64,000 bases of DNA from Amphiscolops sp. MND2022. Taxonomy: Eukaryota. The notes beneath the pieces were generated by a model. It was not told the origin of the DNA. It made no database searches and saw nothing but the letters and a program-made list of their open reading frames with translations. How positions within the stretch are numbered: the first letter of the stretch is position 1; every line of letters begins with the position of its first letter. Both the position numbers and the translations under genes were made by a program. Shown here piece after piece: positions 51,940-64,000 of the stretch. Location of the stretch: positions 40,922,001 through 40,986,000 of the forward strand of contig OZ076409.1 of the NCBI GenBank assembly GCA_964187785.1, written 5' to 3'.

Positions 51940-54168
51940 GTGTTTACTTATATTGAGTAAACTTTTATTGAGTGTTTACTTATATTACTTACGGTAATAT
52001 TACTTATATTAATTGAGCAAAACGGCTCCTCAATTTTCTAGGGCTACATATTCATCATTAAAACAATAGAGAATAGTGAAAATTCTTCTTATTCTGCATT
52101 TTATCGAGCGAACTGTGTCAGTGAAATGATTTTCTTCTGTTCTCGTTCCCTGCATTTCATCAAAGCGGTAAGATTTTGTCTTTTTCAATGAAAGGAACTT
52201 TGTCATATAGAATTTCGGGTAGTTTTTCATTGAATTATGTGTTGCATAGATATGAGTTCGTTGCAATGTGAACCGCGTTCTGTTTTCTTCCTTAAGATTT
52301 TCGCCCTGGTCAAAAGATTTGACCTTGTTTCACATGATGAAACTATAAATAATCTGGCTTTAATTTTTGTCAACTGTAGCTCCAACTTATATTATAGGAA
52401 TGGCAATTATCACTCCAACATTTCGAAATGTTGACTTTCAGCCGATGGGCGGCGTTGGATCGGGACAAGATTCAAAATGTTCATTTTCAAGTTTGATTGC
52501 GAATGATTGATGTAACGATTAGATCTGCAGTTGCTGCAAGTATGTAGAGAGATCGGGATTAAGGAAGATTCACACGTCTTTCACTGTCGCAGAACCTCAT
52601 GTTCTTTTATTTTCATTACTCCACAAGTTTATCTACGGTATTTCGAGAATTGTTGGTTCAACTTGTAACCAATTCCGAGCACGAGGCTCAAAATTGCGAG
52701 ACATTATGGTGATTGAATGTCGAAACAGGTTACGTTTAACGTGCAAGTGGTTTCCAATATAGGGTAAATTAAGAGCCATAAACGGAGAATTCAATTCTTA
52801 TCAGATTGACATGAATCGAAAACAGATATGTGGACCCTCCAAGGGTAATTAATAAAACTTGGTAACCGCTTGACTGACTTGAAAAGTATATCAAAGGGAT
52901 TTCATTCTTAGTGACCCGGTTTCTTCATTATTATGAAGCCTAATTTTCATTAGGTAAAATTTTCGTCCTCAATATAACCTAGGTTGAACCTTGTTATATG
53001 AGAGCTGAGTTCTTTTTTATACCTAGATTTGAATTGAAGACAACCATGAGTGCGTCGGATAAGAGAAAATGCATTTCACCATAAAAACAGATTTAATGTA
53101 GACATTTACCAACTATTGAAATGTTATCGGAGATAGTAATCAGTTTGATTTTTATCTAAACATAAGAAATGTCGGCCAGAATGTCACGATTAGAGAACCT
53201 TCACATCAGATATCATGTTAGTAATCTTCGTGTATTTTTATTGAACTTATTATAATCTGAATATCGAATTTCGATATCCTCACTGTTTCTAGGACTAAGA
53301 TTTTTAAAGTTTTGGTAAACAATTTCTTCAACTATGAAAATTAGTTGGCGTTGCTACTTTGTGTTCATTCAGTAGTACAGTTGGTAGGATAAAATTTTTT
53401 TACTTATTTGATGTTTTATAAATCAACATGTTTTTAAAAGCAAAAACGAAACTTGTATTAACATCAGAAAGGACGACGACAAGTCAATCAAAGACGGTTT
53501 TCAGCTTAAGTACAAACTTGAAAAGAAAATATTCTGTGAGTTACTATGCACTGAGTTTGAACTTGAAAACAACCGTAGTCAAAGATTGAATTGAATGATC
53601 ACACAACTCTTTGGTATTAAATGAATTAGATTTGCTCTAGATTTGCTCTAGCTAGAATTTTTTTTGAGGTTCGAACTGGATGTCCATTTTTAAATTTTCG
53701 GCACTATGCGACTTACGGAAGAAAAAATCACAGTCTTTGGTTTTTTGAGGAAGCATGTTTCCCGAGTCTTGAGTGTGACCTCTTCGTTACTTTTTGATCC
53801 TGTAAAATTCAAGAGTTTTCTTAATGATTGGCCTTTTTCGACCTTTTTTTCAGCTCGGTGCGTCTTTTTTTTTCCAAAACTTTCATTTGGTTAAAGGGTG
53901 CCCCTCGCTTTCATAGCTGATTTCGGCTGGAGAAAAAGTTTTGCGATCTGAAACATTTTTGAGAACTATGAGACTTTTACAAAGAAAAGCGTGTTGAGCC
54001 TCCATGGATATCTTTCCAAGATGTTGCAAAAATTTTGGCTTAGTTCCTGCAAGGATCTTGTCATAAAACTCATTATGCTATGTTAGGATCTTACTGAGAC
54101 AGACATGTTCCCAAGAAAAATCTCAGTAAGAAGCACAAGATGGAAGCAAAACTTGTCGCGTGATAGCG

Positions 54169-54524
54169 AAACAAGTCGGGAACGCGTAAAGTCGGCGCTA
54201 TATCTAAGGCTCAAAAAGTTTTTAGAATTGCAAAGGGGGGAAATCTTGGAAATCCAGTTTGTTCCAAAATATCAAAAAATTGATGGGGCAGCCCTTTGGA
54301 GACATTAAAAAGTTTCGAAAAAAAATGAGAATTTGTCTCTTAGTGCCGAAATATGTAAAACAGGGAACCATTTGGGCTTTTTTAACATCCATTTAGTTGC
54401 AAAATATTAAAACAATTGAAGGAAGGACCCTTTAGAGACATGGTCTGACGAAAAAAAAGAAATAAAAAACTAGTTGCTGTAATAGTTGGGCGCTTTTCAC
54501 TAGAACTTTGAACCGACTAAAAAA
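54169..54524. mobile_element. HINE-like element, copy 3
   Basis: aaacaagtcgggaacgcgtaaagtcggcgctatatctaaggctcaaaaag ... ccgactaaaaaa. Confidence 0.7.
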
Positions 54525-56479
54525 CAGCCTCAGAAAAACATGAATGGTAAATTGAAATTCACTCGAAACTTTAAAATTATTCAAATAAGATGAGTTTTAC
54601 CACATGTGGCATTGATGCTAAAGCGAACGAGACTTGTTTGTAAATAAGTCTAATGTCTAACCTATTGAGCTAAACTAAGGTCATTTGCTGACTTGCCTGT
54701 ATTAAAAAACAGTCAAGAAACATTCAATTCATCATCATCAATTCGCATTTCTCTTCTAAATCTTTTCATTTAGTTCTTTTGAGTTCAACGTTAACACCAC
54801 TAAATCTAAACCACCGATACTATGTCTAAAAAGCACTGTAATAAGTTCCTGTCTTCTAACCCGGTGAGAAAACTCAAACTTGTCTGGCTCCAAGTCTATT
54901 GCTAAAAGCCCAATTTTTTACATCACAAGCTGTTTTGCTAGAAAGCATGGAATCTCGACGAAGACGACAAAGACTCCCAAACCTTTTTAGGGAATAGGCA
55001 GTCGCATCAATCCTACAATTTTTCATTGAGTGCTGGTACTTCGCAATTTAGGAGACGTCTCAGCTGCTTGTTCGAAAAGCTTCTTAAATTGCAGAAAACC
55101 ATCCAAGCGGCCTTACAACTCTTTTGCTGGATTTTTTTATCGATGGGTACCTTCGTCCAGATTTCTTCGTTATGGCCCATTACCCAACAACTTTCTGTGA
55201 ATGACTGTTCGTACCAAAGTCACTTAATAACATCTGCCGATTCCAATTCGTGCTTCACTAACTCTAATCAACGCCAGGAACAATCAAATAGTGATATTTC
55301 AGAGATATATTTTACTCGTAAATGCCAAAAAACTATAAATAGTTCAAGAAAAGTCATTCCAAAAATGCTTTTAATAATTTTATAGGGGTTTATCCATTAA
55401 ATATTCAAACTCTAGGTTAGTTTTGCTTCTGTGCAACCTTTTTTTGTATTTGAGACCATGGGATCCGTTTCTTGTGAATTTGGTAAACTGAAGAAGACGT
55501 TGACCGAAGTGAGTCTTCACTGTTTAACTTTTCGAAAAAAAGTTAAGATTAATATTTTTGGTCAGCTCCACAAAATTATTCTGTCGAAATTCTTCTGGCG
55601 TTTCTATTCCGATGCATCGGGATGGAAAAAACAGTTTTGTGAAAATCCAATTAGACAGAAGCTAATTGAAGTCAGGAGACTGAATTTAAAGTACAGTAGT
55701 GATTTTAGAAAACGCAACATACGACAAATATCTAAATCGAAACTGAAAGTCTAAAATAACCGGAATATACTCCAATATTAATATAATAAGTTAATAAAGT
55801 TACAGGAATTTAGCGAGTTATTTGTTATGTCTGTTAAGATGAAACCTCATTCAATGTGAAGTCTTACACCGACAAAAAATTGTGGCTGAAAAATAGTGCA
55901 CTTTTGTATCAAATGACGCTGCAGCGTCTTGACCAAAAGGTGTACTCAAGCATTTGGGCTATCGATAATTCGAAAACATATGGGTCCATGTTGCTTTGCA
56001 ATACTTGAAGTTACCGATATAAAGGGAAAACCATGGAACTCTGTGAATGATTTTCTTAACAAATATCAATGATAGAGTGTTAGCTAGTTACAAAATGCAT
56101 TTTCTGACAGTTCTTAGAAGGGAACGCGGTTTTTAAAAGTCACCATACTGGCGTTTTCCAAACGCGGTCTTTCAGGGTTCAATAAACTTTTTATGTTTTG
56201 ATATCGAGCATTCGCCATTACCCGCGTTATAAAGTAACTTTTATTAGGTCATCATAAAAAGTTCAGTCACAAGACAAGGATCAAACTACTATGAGTTTAT
56301 GGCATATTGCCTAACATGGCTACGCCTGGCAATGTTCAAGGTAACCAACTGGGTCAACCAATTGGTTGGTAATTATATTTACATTGGACATTTTGCACTG
56401 AAAAAAAATATCTTCAATTCAATGTTTGCACGTTAACCCTTGATGTTGCCAGCAACTTTAATTAGGATTATTTTAAAAT

Positions 56480-57670
56480 TCACAGAAACTTTCATGCGAA
56501 AATCATTCCCTGTTGTAAAGTGGTGTGACGAAAGAACGTGACCGTACAAAATTTTATTGAAATGAAATTAAATCAAAAATATAACGAAACATATCCAAGA
56601 AAATAAAAGTATACCATTACGTAGAAAAAAGTCTAATATTTCGTTGGGTAGCCTCTTTTTGCAACAACTAGCTGTCATCGTCGAGGAATTGTGTCGTAAA
56701 GTTTTACTATGTAATCAACCGGAATGTTGTTCCAAAGTTCTACCAGGGTCTCCGGATGTCTTTTACAGATGTTTTTCTGCAAGACACTCCACAAGATTCC
56801 GATAATATAGAGATCAGGGGAACGTCCTGGCCATTTTTTCAGAAAGTGAATCCTTTTTCCCAAAATACAATTGGTTTTTATCGATGTGAGGGCGTTGTCT
56901 AGTTGGAACGGTTCATGTATATAAAGGAAGTCTCTAACATGAGCTTGAAGTAATTTGGTGAATTCATCTGAAGCCACCTTTTTATAGGTATCAGCAATCT
57001 ATCGCCTTTCGATTGAATCCATCCCTAAACCATCTGTTTTTCTAAAACCTGTTTTTCTCAAAAGAGCAGCTATCCAAGCAGATTTTTCTGAGTCTTTTCA
57101 CAAGATCCTTCCCTTTACTGTTCAGATCAAGCATAGTCTCGTCAGAAAAAACGACCTTTTTACAGATTATCGCTTTTTCCACAAACATTTTTCTCGCCTG
57201 TTTTTCTCTTTTGTCTATTTGAACCAGAAATGTTTCGCGCTCGAAGGCCATATTTCTCAGTATACTTCCTGATATAACTGGTACATAAATCGATTTATTA
57301 GGAATTTTTTATTTGGGAAGCGTTTGAAAGGATATTTTTCATTCTTTGGTTGACAGTTTTGGCCTTCTGTGACTTTTATTGGTATTAATATGTCCTCGGT
57401 TACTGCATTGAATGATAATTTGGGAAACAGCTGAGTTTATCTACGTTCGTTACTTTGGAAATTTGACAAACAGAAAGATTGTTGCAATATTAGTTGCATC
57501 AATTGTATACGAAATTTTTCAAACGGTTTGAGGCATCGTTTTTGGTAAACTAATGAATCATCTGATAGAACTTGAAATGAAGTTTTCTCAAGATGCTTTG
57601 GCTTCCTCTGAGATCCTATTTATTACTTTGTTAATGAAGGTTTTGAAAATCGCATCAAAGTTTCCAGGTC
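56480..57670 (-). mobile_element. Decayed Tc1/mariner DNA transposon
   Basis: Transposase remnants VVFSDET, QLDNA and WPGRSPDLYIIGILW (cf. the Tc1 WPxxSPDLNPIENLW motif). Partial TIR gaaactttcatgcga (~56484) / tcgcatcaaagtttc (~57650). Confidence 0.8.
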
Positions 57671-59519
57671 GCATTCTTTCTTCAGACCACTTTATTTAAC
57701 TTTTATCAATCTGCTTGGAAGATTCATCAAAGTTTTGGCCGCAATTTTCAGACTTTGTCCAATCTGTGCTGAGCGTCGATCGCAGGCTTTTTGAGATTTT
57801 TCTCTAAAGTCTTTAGATTCATCAGATTCTGCAGATTCTCTGGAGTTCAAAGCTATATTGTTTGTTTCAGGAATATTCTAAATGAGAAAACAATCGCAGT
57901 TGTTCACCGCGAAAAGTTTGCATTTTTGAAATTGAAAATTATCCATAGATTCAGTAGTTTCGTTAGATTTAATTGAGCATAAAACATTAGCAAATAATCA
58001 GTGGATAAACTGTCAAATGTTGGAAAAACAGCAAAAAGTCCCAGTTTTACTCAAATCCAAGTTCTTGTAACTTACCCTTTTTTTGACTCAGAATTTTTTT
58101 GACGCAAAAAAACTAATGCAAACTAAATAAATTGCTACGAAGCTTTTGATTTTGAAAAGTTTTTCAAAATTTTCACCCAATTTCGAGAAATCCGAGTATA
58201 AAGTCCGCCCAATTTATCAATTACAGTACTGTATATTTTTGAAAGCAAAGAAGTTGATATCAGGTTTACCGCTAATTTAAAACAAAATAACTTCAATGTC
58301 GTAATAAAGTGCAAATTGGCGTTATGTTCAAAAATCGGTGCTCGTATCAGCTGAGTAGTTGGGAAAACAACGTGTAAATAAATCGTGTCTGTAATGAAGT
58401 GGAGTTTCTCTTCAACGTTGAAAAATGCATTGTAATTGTACGTTATTCACCACCCGAAGTTCAATGGATTTTCTAGCATTTATAAAAAAAAGATACAGGC
58501 CTGCAGTATGTAAGATGTTCCTGCAGTTTCAACTAAGGAAATGGTTGATTAATAAATGATTTTTCTTTCCAAGTCAAGAAATGGTTCAAAAATTATCACT
58601 TTCAAATACGTAATTTTCACGTTAACTAGAACCTGCAGATCTGAAAGGCTCCTAAAATTGAATGAGATTGAGTTATCGAATGTAGAGTCCTGAAGAAATG
58701 CATTTTGAAGTTTCACTTCTAATACGAAGAAGACGGAACTCGTGTCTATTGGTTTTGAGCTCGTTCGAATTTTACAAGTGTCGCCATATAGCTGTTATTT
58801 TTGCCTGAATGTCCCCATTGAATTTAACTGCTTTGAACAATTCGGTATTCCCCTAGACAACATTGCATGCTTTTAAATGCTACTTCAATGCTATCAAGTT
58901 TCCAATTACGTCTTTGTTTCCTCATTTTTACTCTTCCGGCGGCGCGAAAAATTACTTCTCAGCGTCAATTTGTCTTCATGCTTAAAATTTTGGCGGATTT
59001 TTTCTGAAAAACAGTTTCATTGATTTTAATGCTTTTCTTTAGAAAAGAAACAAATGGTTATTTTTTTACAAAGTGACAATTGCGAAATTATGTTACTTGT
59101 CGAATTTTCATTTTCGATTTTGCGAAACGTTCTTAGTGAAACCTGGGAATTAGTCAGTTTTTTTATTTTTATCAGAATAGAGGAAGCCGCATTGTAATCC
59201 TACATAATTTTTCCAAACAGGCTCAAGGAGTCTTCTATGTTTTGCAAAAAATCAAAAGCCTTCTAGGCATGAAAACAGCATGGAAAATTTTGCAGCCTGT
59301 TCAACTAGAGATAATATCAGATTCAAAAAATAGGCTTTATCAGGACACTGAACAGACTACCTAACTAATATGGAGCGAAATGATAAACCCCCTTTATCGA
59401 AGTGGTTTTTCAATAAGCATTAGAAAGGATTCAGTGACGGCATGTTGCGAAATAGTAGTCTTAGAAAATTCCAGACATGATAACAAAATCACAAGTCTGT
59501 TAGCGATAGTTGTCCCTTT

Positions 59520-60170
59520 CAAGTTGCCCCTCGAAATCTTGTGACACGCGTGGTTCACCACACTTTATTGAATGGTACTAGATCGACATAATACCCTATA
59601 CGTTAGTGACTCTTTTTTTGTAGCAGGACAAATGTTCCACAAGAAAGAACAAAGCCCGCAATTGAAGTGTTCTTCAGATGAATGGGAAATTCTGGAAGCA
59701 ATGTTTTAACATCATATTCAATGCCAAACAGACAATCGAACATTGTTTTAACTGCTTGCTTGACGCCATTGAACCATGACGGGAAATGCCAGTTTCATAT
59801 TTCATACTGGAGTTGGCTTTGAAAAACAAGAACAGCTCTATAGAGCCTTCAATAGAAGGATGTTCGCAAAAACAAACAAAGCCAAGTCAATTTGTGCCAG
59901 CAGAAGAGTAACCTTGATGTGGAACAGACTTTTCATCCTGTCAAATGGTGATATTTTAGATGGTCCGAAAACGTTTCTAGCAGCTAATTGTGGAAGTGGT
60001 TCATCAATGATCAAAAAGGAATGGGTGGAGAAGTGTCTTGCAATCAGCGCGGTTTTCTGGAACTGTGGCCTTGTCCGCAAACAAAAAAGCATTTTCATAC
60101 GAACTAAATCCAATTTTGGAAGCCCCTCACTGGATATCATTCAATTCCTCTCAGTCTGTTTTTGCTAAAA
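59520..60170 (+). pseudogene. Possible hAT transposase C-terminal remnant
   Basis: Frameshifted CDTR(W)FTT, SSDEWEILE and AISAVFWNCGLV loosely resemble hAT TRWNS, eeW.il and ERxFS motifs in the expected order. Weak. Confidence 0.35.
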
Positions 60171-60679
60171 GCGGCGGCAAAACAACTTCCTAACATAGCC
60201 TCCAAAACATACTGACGAAAAACAGTTCTTTTTCTAAAGTTCACTGAATGCAGGATCAATAATCAGACAACAGTATGCCATCAACAAGCCGAGAACAGGT
60301 CACAATCGGCGCCCTGCTTAAACCTCCAACGGCGTAAATACATTCAGGCTCGGAACGGTAGTTTTGAGTGAAACTTGGAACATCTCACTGTGTGAGAGAA
60401 TCTTTGAGTTCATAGAACACTCCTTTCTAACTGACAGCATTAAAAAATATAAAAAGAATTTTTTCCCAATGACGAAAAACCCAGAGGTTCAAAAGTGTGA
60501 AGGTAAAACTTGGGCACAAGTGGGAATCAAACCCCGTCCTCTTGGATCGGAAAACACCGCTCTAATTCCTGGGTCGCAATTGTCATATCGACTGCACTAT
60601 CGGTTTTTGACTTATATATAGAGAATGACTGTAATGCTCTAGCGACAATTAGGTTTAACAAATAACGCCAATTAACGGT

Positions 60680-61360
60680 ATCGAGTATCGGTTCTCGTAA
60701 GTCAAAATATCCTAAGTTGAAATCTAAGTTGAATTTCTCAATGGTAAAATCTCCTGGATTACAATTTCCTAGCTTAAAATTTCCTAAATCATGAACTGTG
60801 ATTAGCTACGTTCACATACGTGTTTTAAATGCAGGAGCGAAGCGAAGCGGAGCGATGTTGCCACTACTGGTTTAGCAGCTGGTTTTACCGAAAGCCGACC
60901 ATGAGGGGCGCAAAATGTTCCAGAAGGAGGTCAGACGAGTCATCAAACTATTTTTGATTTCTGAATTTATCTTGAAAACAATTCGAGAACGCCCAAGTCG
61001 GTGCCCCACTAAAGGTTCAAAAAGAACAAAGCAGTTAGCATATGCGAAGGAACACCATTTTGAAATTTTTTAATGAAATATACAGTGCCGAAAAGTATCC
61101 GAAGGGATACCCATAAGACTTCAAAACCGCTTTCACTCTAACTTGAAACAAGTTTTTTTTTTAAAAAAAACCAAAAGTCTCATGGTGTCGAAAACCACAA
61201 AAATAGAGACTCTAAGTTCGCAAATCGTTTTTTGGACGAAAAGGCAGTGTCATTTAACCACCTTTTTGACATTTCATTTAGAAGATTTTAACCTGGAAGA
61301 TTTTCATTTAGGAGACTATAACCTAAGAGATTTTAACTTATTCAACATGAAAAACCGACT
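60680..61360. repeat. Inverted pair of ~15-bp tandem arrays (foldback-like element)
   Basis: aaaat(c/t)tcctaagtt-type units at ~60705-60790 and their complements at ~61277-61345. Confidence 0.45.
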
Positions 61361-61506
61361 GAAAATGCGCATGGAAAAACTTGGAGATGTATATGGAACA
61401 GTATCACAGGACTGAAAACAAGTTTGCACCGTAAGGTACCAAAAATACTTTTTAGGCCATAGAGTCCAGTATTGGACGTTTACACAACTATGGACAATGT
61501 CCGAAA

Positions 61507-61618
61507 GCGACACTCCGTCCCAAGGGACGATTCGTCCGAAGCGACAATTCGTTCCAATTTCCAAAAAGCGACAATTTGTCCCAAGCGACAGTTCGTCCCG
61601 AGCGACAATTCGTCCCAA
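61507..61618. repeat. 17-bp minisatellite (gcgacaattcgtcccaa) x~6
   Basis: Read directly; no unique spacers of CRISPR size. Confidence 0.85.
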
Positions 61619-62027
61619 TTATTAAAAGCTGCAATTTGTCTCCACTTTAATTGCCAATGAAGACCTTTGTGGTATAGAATCCGAAAATATTACACTTGGA
61701 GGCAGGAACCAACAATTAACAGAAATTATTAGGGCCTCATTCTGGCAAACTGTATAATCTTCGTTCTTATTCTTCAGTATTGAAATTTTCAGTTCTACGA
61801 CTAGTACGTTAAAATGCAACAGTTATCTATACACAAAGCATAGATACAACGAAAAGAGCTGCAGAACATTTTGGAGATGTGGATGTGAAGATTGAAATGC
61901 AAAGCACGTGCAGTAACAACTGATGATAACTCTGAATCAACGGTCTTGACTAACGAACATTCACATGCTGCAATTCCAGGAAAGGGGCACGTTTGATGTG
62001 AGTATTGCGTAATCATTGGTGATCAAA

Positions 62028-64000
62028 TGTAACGGCAAGCTCTGGTACAGCAATATCCACCGATTTTGCAACTCGACATGTTCAGAAATTTTGCCAAAAA
62101 TTCGTTCAAATCTGACGTGGCACTCAAACATGCTCAAGATGAAGTACCTGCCAGAAAAGCACCCCAGAAAATCAGAAAACGCCGCCCGCGAAGAGCGAAC
62201 GCAAGAAAACGACCGAAAAGACGTACTTTTTGTCTAAAAAACACGGTATTGTGCCCATCCCAAGAGATCGACACTACTATAGTACCGGAAACCCGTGTTC
62301 CAGATGTTCGCCTGAGTATCCCTGCAGTGTCCTGTGTGGTGACGAGCGCTAGCGCTGGGAGCCGAGGTCAATTTCTACCAAAATGACTCAAACTGTTAAT
62401 TTTGTTGTATTTCTCTTTGCTGTAGATTGATATGCTCGAGAGCTGCCCTTGAACATCTATGTTTACCTATTTGGATATGTCGATTTTATCAGATTCTCCA
62501 ATACTATGCCTCAACCTCCTCTTGTTTTCAGCCCCTTTTTTAAAGGCTAGTTGAGCAGTGGTCTTGAGTTATGCAAGATGCCTGTTACTTTTAGCAGTTA
62601 CAGACTGGGACCAGGCCAGAGAATTTCTTACAAGACGGTTCCCCCACCTTGGGACTGGCTCCTTCGGAGGGAAAATGAGCTAGGGCCGCGGAGATCTAAG
62701 TCCCAGATTATATTCGCTGTTCTAGTTCCTCCACTCTAAGTTACGGTTCAAGCGCCGGCGCTTATCGTTACATAGAACCTCATTTTTAGGCGACCACAGA
62801 GGGATCGTCTTGGGAAGCTTTCCCGAGCGGTTTTTAAAAGATCTGGCCCCCTGGTGATCAGCGCCAAGCCCGTTTCGACTCTGGAAAAGGAGAGAGAAGC
62901 AGAGTTTTGCCCTTTTTAGTCGTGTGGCAATCTACTGGAACTGGGAGAAGCGTTGAACTAGAGAAAACCCGAAAAAATCACGTTTTCAGGTGTGAAAATG
63001 GCATTTTTAGGTGTTTTAGAAGAAAATCGCTATTTTTGTGTGATGTGTTATGTACCCATCAGCGGGTATCTTTTTGCAGGTACAGAAGACCGTAGCACGT
63101 GGCTGCGGGTGTTTAACAGGTTTTGCGAGCTATTTTCAGCCATTTTATGCCATGCAAGAAGGTAACTGTTGGATGATCGGCCATGAGCCAGCGAGGCGAG
63201 GGAAGAGTCGATTTGTGTGTTGTCTACTTTCTACTCCCATTTCTCGTGGAGACGTCCTAGAGGTATGGTTTTTGGTGGACAGCAAGTGCAACAGCAGACG
63301 GTGCTAATGGTCTAAACCGCGTGTCTCTGTCGGGTCTAGATGTGGAGAAAAAGCGTGGAGAAGATGCACCCCCTGTGACCAGACGTGTCGCTCAAATGGC
63401 TCATGGTTGGCGAAAATTTTGAAAATGCGCCTTTTTCGACGGAGAATCGTTGGTGCAGGTCAGTGACGTTTTATCGCAAATGTAACGACACCCAATGAAG
63501 TGCTTTTCTGCGAAAAAGATGGCACTCGAGCGAAAAAACCTCATTTTTGCGTTTTTTTTGATGTTTTTCTTGGTTTCGAGCACTCGTGCTCAGTGGAACC
63601 AGGAAAACTTTGCGAAAAGTGTTGTGAAAAGCAGCTACAAGGCTCGAGAAAGCTGATACAAGACACGAGAGGCAGTATTCTGACCTTTGGTTGTGATAAA
63701 AGTGCCGATTTAGTACCAGAAAATTGCAAAAAAGTGGAAAATTGGCCTAAAAGGCACCTAAAAGCACAGGCGTACACTTGTGTAGAAGCATGGAAGAGCA
63801 GTGTACGGTTTTTTTTGCAAGCGTAACTAACCCACAGGACACTAACTGCAACTTTTGTAGCGGATTCAGGCAGCCCGGAGCTGACACGGTGTAAAAAACC
63901 TGTGATTTAAAGCGTTTTCAGGCATAGAAAGTGCATTGTCTGAAAGTCTTGGGAGCGAAGTCTAATTGAAAGGAGCTGCTCCGAACACTCTTTTTTTGTT
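62028..64000 (+). mobile_element. 5' end of a diverged sister copy of the giant element (LTR 62028-62772, PBS, leader), cut by the window edge
   Basis: Colinear with 6868-~8810 across the LTR and leader. PBS-like AGGCGACCACAGAGGGAT at ~62788. Confidence 0.93.

Noticed and set aside
60505..60590. tRNA-like sequence on the minus strand, and GGTTCGA motifs in the 26000 and 29360 repeats
   Set aside because: No complete cloverleaf; at most tRNA-derived repeat remnants.
61507..61618. CRISPR-like short repeats
   Set aside because: The units are head-to-tail with no unique spacers of CRISPR size, there are no cas genes, and the context is eukaryotic.

Overview
Eukaryotic, transposon-dense, AT-rich DNA. 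I could not support any host gene. The main feature is an 18.8-kb Ty3/Gypsy LTR retrotransposon (6868-25638, + strand) with 728-bp LTRs about 99% identical. It carries a 2.7-kb 5' leader, gag, and pol (pseudo-protease + protease, RT, RNase H, integrase). Pol has a C-terminal extension with what look like two tandem TARG1/Poa1p-type macrodomains. In the env position there is a separate ~1435-codon ORF with an SGNH/GDSL-esterase-like domain. Relatives of the same TGTAACG...CGTTACA clade lie across the window: solo LTRs at 2122 and 48312, a 5.4-kb non-coding element at 34532-39972, and a sister copy starting at 62028. The clade shows two non-canonical integration signatures: 3-bp target-site duplications (three clean cases) and a tRNA-Arg-type PBS set 15-16 nt away from the LTR (three cases). 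The giant element is nested in an older, decayed Gypsy (1453-26752, - strand, CCGG TSD). The rest of the window holds decayed Gypsy, Tc1 and possibly hAT remnants, Helentron-like HINEs, MITEs, tandem arrays and a perfect 146-bp palindrome. All domain calls were made by eye from motif recall and need HMM or structure confirmation.
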